Shown piece after piece: positions 16,145-24,000 of a stretch of 24,000 nt of DNA. The notes under the pieces are model-generated. The model searched no databases. It had not been told where the DNA came from and saw nothing but the letters and a program-made list of their open reading frames with translations. A program made the position numbers and the translations under genes. The DNA is from Thermotalea metallivorans (GTDB lineage: Bacteria > Bacillota > Clostridia > Peptostreptococcales > Thermotaleaceae): positions 74,144-98,143 of the forward strand of contig NZ_LOEE01000046.1 of the NCBI RefSeq assembly GCF_001562415.1, read 5' to 3'. Numbering within the stretch: the stretch's first letter is position 1; each line of letters opens with the position of its first letter.

Positions 16145-16264
16145 TTACTTTAATTCTTCTGGCAGTTCCGGCTGATATCCTAGTAAAGTGCAGGCAGATG
16201 CGGCGCTAGTAAATGCAGCAAAAGTAAGCAGCGTGATAGAAAGTTGCAATAATCTTCTTAGCAT
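16145..16264 (-). CDS. agrD: AgrD-type cyclic (thio)lactone autoinducing peptide precursor, 39 aa
   Basis: Too short for the ORF track. My translation is MLRRLLQLSITLLTFAAFTSAASACTLLGYQPELPEELK. It has a hydrophobic or amphipathic leader, a single Cys, and then [Y]QPExPxEL four residues after the Cys, as in clostridial AgrD. The ATG overlaps the agrB stop (ATGCTAA), and a G-rich SD lies upstream. Confidence 0.85.
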   Translation of the reverse strand: MLRRLLQLSITLLTFAAFTSAASACTLLGYQPELPEELK

Positions 16265-16905
16265 ACTCTCCCCCCCCTTTTCATTTGTATTATATTGAGC
16301 AATTCATCTGACCCTTTCCAGAAAGCATATCCTAACTTTGTTATGGAAAAACTCTGGAATAGCAATCCCAAGGAAGATGCCAAGATAATCATGTTTCCTT
16401 TATGAACGGTCTTAAAATATAGTAATATTGAGGTACTCCAGATGCACAACAGTATCAGGGAATATTTTTTTAACCTATATCTTTTGTTTGGGTCCGTTAT
16501 AGGTTTTGCTGGGGTGTCCGCTGGTGCATACTTGGCCACAGCCCAGAAAGAAAAGAGCATTGTAGAAATTGCAATCGGCATTACGTATTGGTAATCAAGG
16601 GAAATAAATTTTGAAATAAAAGCTAAGACGTTTACTGAAATTACGCTGTATAATTCACAATTTAGGGGACTGGAACAATGGGCCCCCCCTGAAAATGACC
16701 TGAAGACGGAAAATGTAATGATAATCATAAGCGCGGGCCAAAATATGTCGAATATCCACGCAAAGCCAAGGGTCAATGTATAGCCAATGATAGACTGCAA
16801 CAGCACTGTTAAAGAATATTTCAGAATCGCTTCCTGTTTTTTTTCTATGTTTAAATGTTTTTTATACATTCCCAGTATAAGATCAATTAATCTTTCTATT
16901 TTCAT
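16258..16905 (-). CDS. agrB: AgrB, membrane peptidase/cyclase that processes AgrD
   Basis: Polytopic membrane protein with RSFSGGAHCSSPLNC. The His-x6-Cys spacing matches the catalytic His77/Cys84 pair of S. aureus AgrB. I prefer the ATG at 16905, preceded by AAGGAGG; the track start at 16932 has no RBS. Confidence 0.88.
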   Translation of the reverse strand: MKIERLIDLILGMYKKHLNIEKKQEAILKYSLTVLLQSIIGYTLTLGFAWIFDIFWPALMIIITFSVFRSFSGGAHCSSPLNCELYSVISVNVLAFISKFISLDYQYVMPIAISTMLFSFWAVAKYAPADTPAKPITDPNKRYRLKKYSLILLCIWSTSILLYFKTVHKGNMIILASSLGLLFQSFSITKLGYAFWKGSDELLNIIQMKRGGRVC

Positions 16906-17065
16906 TCTCCTCCTTCGTTTGTATTTTCCCATATAGGGTTTATGGTTATATTATAAATCAAAGGTAATGTTGAAATTTGTAGAATCTTGTAACTATTTTC
17001 TTTTTTATATGAAATTGAGACTTTAGTCTTAGCTTGTTGGATTTATATTACATTTAAAAAGAATT

Positions 17066-17103
17066 GGCTCCACAAGGCAATCTTGTAGCTAATTTGTGGA
17101 GCC
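17066..17103 (-). terminator. Intrinsic terminator, ~185 nt downstream of the hydrolase stop
   Basis: Minus strand: GGCTCCACAA-(18 nt)-TTGTGGAGCC followed by aattcTTTTT. Confidence 0.6.
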
Positions 17104-17287
17104 TTATTGTATGTTTACTTCAGCATATCCAGTAAAAATTTCTGCAAAAAGTTGTATAAATAATAAGGATTGTAGTATATTATTGCAAAAACAAACTCCT
17201 CAAAATTTCAATTCTGATTCCTCTCCTTTACAAGATAAGTCCTCAGACAGCTAAAGAGACTTCATGGGGGTTTTGGCAACATGAAGT

Positions 17288-17986
17288 TTAGTCTTGCGCT
17301 ATCTCCTCTATCTCACCAAAAAACGTCCTTACATCCTCCATGATTGACTGGGCTGCAATACTTCTTAAAGCCAAATGGCCCCCTTGCTCATAAAATTTTA
17401 ATTTCTTTTTTTCAGTATCGGCTTTTTTATATATATAATTGGCACTATCACTTCTTACGGTATCATCATCTATTGTCTGTATCACCAATAAAGGGCATTT
17501 TATATTTTTGATGATTGGCTTTGTTTTGAGAAGCAGCGACTTGAATTGAAAAAGTGCTGCCAACGGAATATTTCTCGATGCCTTCAAATATCTTCTGATA
17601 TTTCTATAATCTCTTTTTTTGAAGCCGTTTATAATGTTTAGGCATATTCTTTTCAAATTCCAATAATAAATAGGCGAATTGATTGTCACAAGACCATGAA
17701 TTTTATATTTGATCCCCAGATTCATGGCAATCAAACCACCCATGGAAAATCCTATGACAAATACACGGTCACAGGAAGATATCAGCTGAAGTAGCCCCTC
17801 TTCTGCAGAAGTTAACCAATCGTCATAAGTAACTTCCCTTAAATCCTTTTTTCTTCCCGTATGTCCTTTTAAAGTGGGACATATGACTTGATATCCCCTT
17901 TCCTGCAGATATGCGGCCAAAGGACTCACTTCATGAACACTCCCGCCGAAGCCGTGAATAATAAGGCATCCATTATTTTTTCCCAA
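17288..17986 (-). CDS. Alpha/beta hydrolase (carboxylesterase/lipase-like)
   Basis: HGFGGS oxyanion-hole region and the nucleophile elbow GFSMGG. Size (232 aa) fits small Est/YvaK-type esterases. TTG start preceded by AGGGGA. Confidence 0.8.
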   Translation of the reverse strand: MGKNNGCLIIHGFGGSVHEVSPLAAYLQERGYQVICPTLKGHTGRKKDLREVTYDDWLTSAEEGLLQLISSCDRVFVIGFSMGGLIAMNLGIKYKIHGLVTINSPIYYWNLKRICLNIINGFKKRDYRNIRRYLKASRNIPLAALFQFKSLLLKTKPIIKNIKCPLLVIQTIDDDTVRSDSANYIYKKADTEKKKLKFYEQGGHLALRSIAAQSIMEDVRTFFGEIEEIAQD

Positions 17987-18121
17987 CTTTCATTTCCCCT
18001 TTTTTCACATAATGTCTTTCATAATATCATTCTACAGTAAATACAATATTATCCAACATATGCAGTTGTCAAGCCCATGGAGGAATTGCATCGCCAAACC
18101 CCCATTTATGCCGAATATATG

Positions 18122-18158
18122 GAAAAAGACAGGATTTTATATAGCCCTGTCTTTTTTT
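18122..18158 (-). terminator. Intrinsic terminator after nrdJ (bidirectional architecture)
   Basis: AAAA-AGACAGG-(12 nt)-CCTGTCT-TTTTTT. On the minus strand the stem is followed by TTTTTCC. Confidence 0.7.
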
Positions 18159-18204
18159 CTCCCCCTCATCGGCATTCTTATATATCATCAAGGGAATCAA
18201 TGGT

Positions 18205-21200
18205 TTATCCGCATTTAGAAAATCCACAGCTACGGCAGATCATGCAACCCCCTTCATGTTCTACCTTGGATCCGCATTCTGGACAATCATTCTCTCTTTT
18301 TTCCATGGCAACGGATACTTCTTGGTGATATTCACTCTGACACATCTCTGCCATGGAACATAAGGAACAGTTGCTGGCACAGCGATCGATCGTCTCCTCT
18401 TCTATTTCCAATGCCATGTCTTGCACATTGGGTTCTGTTGATTTTACATGCATATTTAATACTTTCTCCAAGGTTCTGCCGATGGCATCGGGGCAAGATA
18501 ATACCTTGATATCCTTGTTTCCTTTCCCTCTTTGGGTCAGGGTTGAATGGCACCGGATGCCTCGCAGTTGTTCAATAATAGCTTCCACGCTTACTCCGGC
18601 CCGCAATGCAATAGATACAATACGACTGGTTGCCTCGCTTTGACTCGGACAACCACCGGCCCTTCCCAGATTCGTGATCACCTCGCAGATTCCTTCATCA
18701 TCATAGTTTGCAGTAATATATAGATTTCCGCATCCGATCCTTACCTTTTCTGTCAATCCCCTTGTAATCTCCGGCCTCGGTCTCGGCGTAATCTGCGATT
18801 TTGCAGCTGCTGGGGTGACCGCTTCCTCCCTTTCTTCTTTTTCCTTTACAGGCCCGATATTCAATACTTGACCTTCCCTGCTGCCGTCACGATAGATAGT
18901 TACGCCCTTGCAACCGAGGGCATAGGCCAAAGTATACACTTCTTCCACGTCTTCCCTTGTAGCATCATGACGGAAATTCACGGTTTTGGATACAGCATTG
19001 TCCACATATTTTTGGAAGGCCGCTTGCATTCGGATATGCCATACCGGTGAAACATCATGGGCTGTCACAAATATCTTTCGAATATGCTCCGGTATTTCCG
19101 GTATGTGGGCCACACCCCCTCTTTCAGCCACCTTTTCCATGAGCGTCTTTGAATAAAGGCCTTCCTTCTTTATCGTTTCTTCGAATAAAGGATGAGTCTC
19201 CACCAACTTATCATTATCCATGACATTCCGGAAATAGGAAATAGCAAAAAGGGGCTCTATGCCGCTGGAAGTTCCGGCAATAATGCTGATTGTTCCCGTA
19301 GGGGCAATTGTTGTCGTCGTTGCATTTCTCAGTTTTATGCCCTTCTTTTCATAGATGCTGCCTTTATAATAAGGGAATACACCCCTTTCCTCTGCCAATC
19401 TCATGGACATTTCCTTGGACTTTTGATCAATAAATTTCATAATCTCCTCTGCCAGTCTTACGCCTTCTTCAGAGTCATAGGAAATACCTAATTGGATTAA
19501 CATATCTGCAAAACCCATAACGCCTAAGCCAATCTTCCTCGTTCCTTTTGTCATCTCTTCAATGGCTTGCAGCGGATAATTGTTCACATCGATTACATTA
19601 TCCAAAAAGTGTACTGCCAAGTAAACCACTTCTTGTAATTTATCATAATCTATATATTTTTTCCCGCCATCGTCCTTGATCATTCTGGCAAGATTAATAG
19701 ACCCCAGATTGCAGGATTCATAAGGAAGCAGCGGTTGCTCCCCACAGTTGTGGACAATGATACCATTTCCTATAAGAGAATGTGTAATCTCTTCTGAAAT
19801 ATCATATACTTCCGCTTCTTCACTTTCTCTAATGAATTTTACCTTACTTGTATATTTTGTATTTTTTCTAGAAGCACTATTGATTTGTTCTAATTTTTCA
19901 TTCTTCCTTTCATGTAATAGTTTAAAGATTATATGTTTAAAGCTGCAAATATCATTTCCATTTATAATCAATTCGTAACAAGGTGTAGAATCATATTGTC
20001 TTTCTCCTCCGTTTTGTGTTACATAAATAAAATTTGAAGTTTCTTCCTTTGTTCTATCGTAGATGTTGGAGAATATACCGAAATTTAATAACAGCAATTG
20101 TACATCTTGTAAAAGTTCTAAAGAACTTGAACTAATGCGAATGTCCCTGTGATTTTCATCTACATAATTTATTGTTCCGTCTGAGCTGAAAAGTCCGTTT
20201 ATATAAGCTGCTACAGTTTTTTCTGAAGCCGTAAATATTGATTTAGGAACCCTTTTTTCATGGACTCGTTTTGCTTCAAAGCCAAAAGATTTGATTAACT
20301 CTACAAACTCTTTTCTCTTAAACAACAATTGCCATGTTCCATTTTCTCCCTCATTGACAATCCCTTCCCCTGCGCCAAATTTCTCTGCAATTTGCTGCAT
20401 TCTTTCCATGATATATTTCTCATCGGATGAAAAAAACATTCCCACTACTTTTTCATCGACCGTTAACCACCCGTTTCCCGTAAACCATCCCAAAAATAGC
20501 CCCAGTTCTTCGCCAATATCATCGGATACGGCCCAATTTCCTGCTCCCGACTGAACGAATACTTCATCTTCTACACTTAATTTTTCAGCTTCTATCCATC
20601 CCTTCACTGTTAAAATCTTATGTTCCGGTGTTACTTTGATCTTCTGTCCATTATCCAAACAAATTTCTATCGTTTTTTTTGTCCCCGTTTTGAAAACCCT
20701 TGCTTTTCTTAGTGTAACGCCATTTTCATAATATTCTCTTCTATGATGAATCATCTTTCCATTGATTGCTCTATTATCCGTAAGAATGTCAATTTCTCCA
20801 TCTTTATATTTATCAAATACATCCTTGATCTTTTCAAGCCCATTTATTGTTGAAATATAGGTGTCGCCATGAAGACACGGATTCGTACTCTCTATTTCCC
20901 CTATGGCCGGCGTAGGATTGTCTCTGTTTAATCGGTCTAAGAATATAATCCCCGGCTCTCCGTTGGTCCACGCCATATCGACAATCATATCAAAAACTTT
21001 TCTTCCATTGATTCGGCCTGCAATCTTTTTTGTATGGGGATCTACCAAATCATATTCCGTTCCATTCTTTACAGCTTCCATAAAAGCCTCTGTAATCCCT
21101 ACACTAATATTAAAATTTGTAATCTCGTCGTTATCCTTTTTGCACTGGATGAATTCCAATATATCGGGATGATCTACCCGTAAGATTCCCATGTTGGCTC

Positions 21201-21687
21201 CTCTGCGCGTACCACCTTGTTTCACTGCTTCTGTAGCTGCATTAAAAACCTTCATAAAACTGACAGGTCCGGAAGCCACCCCGCCTGTTGAGGCAACCGT
21301 CGATCCCTTCGGCCTCAATCTAGAAAAACTAAAGCCTGTCCCTCCACCGGATTTATGTATAATTGCGGCATTTTTGATAGCATCAAAAATGCCTTCCATG
21401 GTATCCTCTACGGGCAGTACAAAACATGCAGAAAGTTGCCCTAATTCTCTTCCTGCATTCATCAGTGTTGGAGAGTTTGGCAAAAACTCCAGATTGGTCA
21501 TCATATTGTAGAATTTATCCTCTAAAGTCTGAAGGTCGGCATTGGGATTATATATCCTATCTGCCTTTGCAACATGTCTTGCTACCCTTCGAAACATCTC
21601 TTCTACCGTTTCTATCACTTCGCCTTTTTCATTCTTTGCCAGATATCGTCTTTCAAGAACCTTTAAGGCATTCTCTGAAATCTGCAT
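18205..21687 (-). CDS. nrdJ: Adenosylcobalamin-dependent (class II) ribonucleotide reductase NrdJ, interrupted by an intein, with a C-terminal Cys-rich zinc-finger tail
   Basis: N-terminus MQISENALKVLERRYL. The extein junction ESTNP|C...HN|CGEQPLLPYESCNLGSINL restores the conserved TNPCGEQ active-site motif. The C-terminus carries CPECG...CMICRSCGFSKCG. The ATG at 21687 is preceded by AGGAGGtaggatt. The track start at 21771 lies inside the promoter -35. Confidence 0.9.
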   Translation of the reverse strand: MQISENALKVLERRYLAKNEKGEVIETVEEMFRRVARHVAKADRIYNPNADLQTLEDKFYNMMTNLEFLPNSPTLMNAGRELGQLSACFVLPVEDTMEGIFDAIKNAAIIHKSGGGTGFSFSRLRPKGSTVASTGGVASGPVSFMKVFNAATEAVKQGGTRRGANMGILRVDHPDILEFIQCKKDNDEITNFNISVGITEAFMEAVKNGTEYDLVDPHTKKIAGRINGRKVFDMIVDMAWTNGEPGIIFLDRLNRDNPTPAIGEIESTNPCLHGDTYISTINGLEKIKDVFDKYKDGEIDILTDNRAINGKMIHHRREYYENGVTLRKARVFKTGTKKTIEICLDNGQKIKVTPEHKILTVKGWIEAEKLSVEDEVFVQSGAGNWAVSDDIGEELGLFLGWFTGNGWLTVDEKVVGMFFSSDEKYIMERMQQIAEKFGAGEGIVNEGENGTWQLLFKRKEFVELIKSFGFEAKRVHEKRVPKSIFTASEKTVAAYINGLFSSDGTINYVDENHRDIRISSSSLELLQDVQLLLLNFGIFSNIYDRTKEETSNFIYVTQNGGERQYDSTPCYELIINGNDICSFKHIIFKLLHERKNEKLEQINSASRKNTKYTSKVKFIRESEEAEVYDISEEITHSLIGNGIIVHNCGEQPLLPYESCNLGSINLARMIKDDGGKKYIDYDKLQEVVYLAVHFLDNVIDVNNYPLQAIEEMTKGTRKIGLGVMGFADMLIQLGISYDSEEGVRLAEEIMKFIDQKSKEMSMRLAEERGVFPYYKGSIYEKKGIKLRNATTTTIAPTGTISIIAGTSSGIEPLFAISYFRNVMDNDKLVETHPLFEETIKKEGLYSKTLMEKVAERGGVAHIPEIPEHIRKIFVTAHDVSPVWHIRMQAAFQKYVDNAVSKTVNFRHDATREDVEEVYTLAYALGCKGVTIYRDGSREGQVLNIGPVKEKEEREEAVTPAAAKSQITPRPRPEITRGLTEKVRIGCGNLYITANYDDEGICEVITNLGRAGGCPSQSEATSRIVSIALRAGVSVEAIIEQLRGIRCHSTLTQRGKGNKDIKVLSCPDAIGRTLEKVLNMHVKSTEPNVQDMALEIEEETIDRCASNCSLCSMAEMCQSEYHQEVSVAMEKRENDCPECGSKVEHEGGCMICRSCGFSKCG
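19747..20877 (-). mobile_element. Intein (377 aa) with a LAGLIDADG homing-endonuclease domain, in-frame within nrdJ
   Basis: Block A CLHGDTYISTING, block B VTPEHKIL, LAGLIDADG-like motifs LGLFLGWFTGNGWL and AAYINGLFSSDGTI, and blocks F/G EVYDISEEITHSLIGNGIIVHN followed by the +1 Cys. The DNA is visibly more AT-rich than the flanking extein. Confidence 0.88.
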
Positions 21688-21742
21688 AATCCTACCTCCT
21701 ATAACTACATTTGGTATAGCTGCCAAAGTTGGTGTACTAAAT

Positions 21743-21771
21743 ATTGTATCATCTGACCATAGGAATGTCAA
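21743..21771 (-). promoter_or_regulatory. SigA-type promoter of nrdJ (TTGACA - 17 nt - TACAAT)
   Basis: Minus strand: TTGACAttcctatggtcagatgaTACAAT, ~55 nt upstream of the nrdJ ATG. Confidence 0.75.
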
Positions 21772-21868
21772 AACAATATTTGGTTATTCCATGGCATCAA
21801 AAAGAGCTATCAGGGGAAATCACGTCTTATTTATGCCCCTATGCTTTGATAAATAATCAATTTTCCTC

Positions 21869-21913
21869 AAAAAATAGGAAAAGCTCCCCATTCATTTCTT
21901 CGAGAAGCTTTTC
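21869..21913 (-). terminator. Intrinsic terminator after the thioredoxin-fold gene
   Basis: Minus strand: GAAAAGCT...AGCTTTTC (8-bp core stem) followed by cTATTTTTT. Confidence 0.65.
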
Positions 21914-21923
21914 GTGCTATTAT

Positions 21924-22427
21924 CTACGATTTTTTAAGAATTTTTAATATTTCCCTGATTGTATCATTTACATATTCGCCTTTTCTGTATTTTCGCTTCG
22001 CCACAATAATTTCTACCTGCTTGCCCTTTGCCACAACGTCTTTTACCACTTGAGGCTGTTCTATAAAAACACCAATCTCCTGAAAATTCTCATCCATAAA
22101 TACAAACGTAGGAATTTTCGGTTTTCCATTCACGGCATAGTTTTCCATATATGCCTCATTGCCTTCCCGAGAAACAATACGAATTACAATTTTATCATTG
22201 ATATCCGCCATTTTTTGGAGGGCTGGTACATTGATCATACAGTCTGGGCACCATATTTCTCCAAAAACCAATACATGGATGATTCGGTCAATAGTTTTAA
22301 TTTCTTGCACCAGTTCCTCATCAACTTCAATCTGGTGATAGATTTCTAAAGTTTTTTCTTTATGTGTATCCTTATCTCTGTTTACAAATTCCTCAAATGA
22401 AATTCCCTTCTCAAAGAGTGCTTTCAT
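21924..22427 (-). CDS. Thioredoxin-fold protein (WCPDC active site)
   Basis: VLVFGEIWCPDCMINVPAL carries a CxxC redox motif in thioredoxin-like context. I prefer the ATG at 22427 over the TTG at 22436, because the G-rich RBS abuts the TTG. Confidence 0.75.
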   Translation of the reverse strand: MKALFEKGISFEEFVNRDKDTHKEKTLEIYHQIEVDEELVQEIKTIDRIIHVLVFGEIWCPDCMINVPALQKMADINDKIVIRIVSREGNEAYMENYAVNGKPKIPTFVFMDENFQEIGVFIEQPQVVKDVVAKGKQVEIIVAKRKYRKGEYVNDTIREILKILKKS

Positions 22428-22644
22428 ACCCAGCAAATCCCCCCTTCATTCTTGCTTATCCTATAGGGCCCAGACTTTTGAGAAAATAGATTCAGCCTGT
22501 GTTGTCCACTTTTCATAACGTGAAAACCTATTCTATATCTATATATATGATATCCTATGTCTCTTTAGACGTGCAATAGATTTTTATGGTTTCTATGTCA
22601 TTTGGAATATTTTACATCTCTTAAGAATAACAAATCTGCACTTA

Positions 22645-23994
22645 TTATCTTGTTAAACGATATATGGCCTTTGCATATACTTCCAAAGCAATATATAAAT
22701 CCTCCAGCACAATGTATTCATTGGGCTGATGCTCGGTTTTTTCTCTTCCCGGCAGAATTGCGCCAAAGGCAACACAATTATCAATTGCCCTTGCATAGGT
22801 GGCTCCCCCTGAAGATATGGGCTGAGATAGGGTATCCCTTGTTACCTCCTGATATACTTCCATCAATGTCTGAATTAAAAAATGATTTTTTGGAATATAA
22901 ATTGGTTTTAGCCAATCGTATTCCTTATAAGCTAGACCGTATTTGCCAGCTACGGCACTTAGCTTTGATACAATTTCCTCTTTGGTTACTGTCACCGGAA
23001 TTCGAATATCAATAGATAGGGTCTCTTTCTCCCCTAAGTTGATTTTACCTACATTAAATTTAAGCTTTCCGGAATCCTCATCTTCACAGGAACCAAAAAT
23101 TCGTGTAGCAAAGGGATCTTCTTTAATTTCATTGGCAATAAATTCAATGGTCTTTGATGTAATGCCTATTTCCTTTAAGGCAATGGCTAATCGATTGATG
23201 GCATTCACCCCTTTTTCAGCAGCTTGGGCATGCATTGATTTTCCTAATACCTTTACCCCTGAAACAGTTTCCTCAAATTCATAGCCAAGTTCCAACAACT
23301 TATCCTTTAAAGCCTCCTGTTTTTCTCCTGTATACACAATGTTATCCGGCACGGCATTGAAAGAATTTCCACCTTCCAGCACAAGGTCTGTCTCATTCTT
23401 GCTTTCAAGCAAAAGTTGCAGCAACCCTTTTTCTGCATAGATTAAAGGAAAAGTGGAATCAGGTGTAAATCCCATGGAAGGCTTCTCCTCTTTTTCCATA
23501 TACTTTTTCATGTCTCTCCATAATGACTCTTCATCGGTTCCAAAAATAAATCGGAGTCTTTTATGAAATGGAACCTCCAAATCCATCAGTGCCTTCGCAG
23601 CATATACAGCCGCAAGGGTTGGTCCTTTATCATCCTGTGTCCCCCTGCCGTACAGTTTGCCATCTTTTATGACCGGCTCAAAAGGATTATTTTCCCAATC
23701 ATCCAAGCTTCCGGCCGGTACCACATCTAAATGGCCCAATACCCCTACTAACTCTTTACCTTGGCCGATTTCAGCATATCCATAATATCCTTCTGGATCA
23801 TAATATGTACGAAATCCTAATCCTTCACAGATTTCCAAGGTTTTTCTCAGCACTCTGTCAATAGCTTCACCAAAAGGATATTGTTCAGAAGGTTCAGCGA
23901 TAACGCTTGGAATTCTTATCAACTCCTGGATCCCTTGGATCAATTGTGGCTGAAGCACTTCCAGTTTTTCTTTCAGGGCTTTATCTATCAACAT
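22645..23994 (-). CDS. pepV: Dipeptidase PepV (M20 metallopeptidase family)
   Basis: Motifs GHLDVVPAG, GRGTQDDKGP, FGTDEES and GGATYAR. The likely start is the ATG at 23994 (MLIDKALKEK...), but the frame is open to the window edge (GTG at 24000), so the start is not fully certain. Confidence 0.85.
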   Translation of the reverse strand: MLIDKALKEKLEVLQPQLIQGIQELIRIPSVIAEPSEQYPFGEAIDRVLRKTLEICEGLGFRTYYDPEGYYGYAEIGQGKELVGVLGHLDVVPAGSLDDWENNPFEPVIKDGKLYGRGTQDDKGPTLAAVYAAKALMDLEVPFHKRLRFIFGTDEESLWRDMKKYMEKEEKPSMGFTPDSTFPLIYAEKGLLQLLLESKNETDLVLEGGNSFNAVPDNIVYTGEKQEALKDKLLELGYEFEETVSGVKVLGKSMHAQAAEKGVNAINRLAIALKEIGITSKTIEFIANEIKEDPFATRIFGSCEDEDSGKLKFNVGKINLGEKETLSIDIRIPVTVTKEEIVSKLSAVAGKYGLAYKEYDWLKPIYIPKNHFLIQTLMEVYQEVTRDTLSQPISSGGATYARAIDNCVAFGAILPGREKTEHQPNEYIVLEDLYIALEVYAKAIYRLTR

Positions 23995-24000
23995 GTCCAC

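Noticed and set aside
21688-21923. Cobalamin riboswitch upstream of the B12-dependent RNR
   Set aside because: The 5' UTR from the TTGACA/TACAAT promoter is only ~50 nt and no B12-box is visible. B12 riboswitches normally control B12-independent isozymes, not nrdJ.
22428-22644. Possible riboswitch or leader in the ~110-nt region upstream of the thioredoxin-fold gene (candidate promoter TTGCAC-18-TATCAT)
   Set aside because: It contains only short hairpins and ATATAGA-type low-complexity repeats. I recognise no conserved riboswitch core, and the promoter assignment itself is weak.
1-24000. CRISPR arrays, tRNA or rRNA genes, prophage or defence-system gene clusters
   Set aside because: I saw no regularly spaced direct repeats, no cloverleaf-compatible segments, and no nuclease, methylase, helicase or other defence-type ORFs. 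The only mobile DNA present is the IS remnant and the intein.

Overview
Chromosomal segment from a low-GC, Clostridia-type Firmicute; the species cannot be determined from the sequence. Genes are densely packed and mostly on the minus strand. In coordinate order: the class III heat-shock operon ctsR-mcsA-mcsB-clpC, with a textbook CtsR operator in its promoter; a small hypothetical protein; an EF-G II-type paralog; hisC; a NIF3-family protein; a leaderless Cu/Zn superoxide dismutase; a YjjI/YjjW glycyl-radical enzyme and activase pair; a decayed IS4-like element; a Cys-rich orphan protein; a secreted stalk-domain/PrcB_C protein; an MFS transporter; an agrB-agrD autoinducing-peptide cassette; an alpha/beta hydrolase; a class II ribonucleotide reductase (nrdJ) interrupted by a 377-aa LAGLIDADG intein; a thioredoxin-fold protein; and dipeptidase pepV. 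The items most worth follow-up: (1) the agrBD cassette, whose 39-aa AgrD precursor is absent from the ORF track and which has no agrCA partner in the window; (2) the intein inserted just before the catalytic NPCGE cysteine of NrdJ; (3) the function-unknown YjjI/YjjW pair, whose only visible promoter lies inside the terminal repeat of the IS remnant; (4) the 16-Cys, 305-aa protein with no recognisable family. No CRISPR array, tRNA or rRNA was found. All calls come from reading the sequence and motifs by eye, with no database searches.
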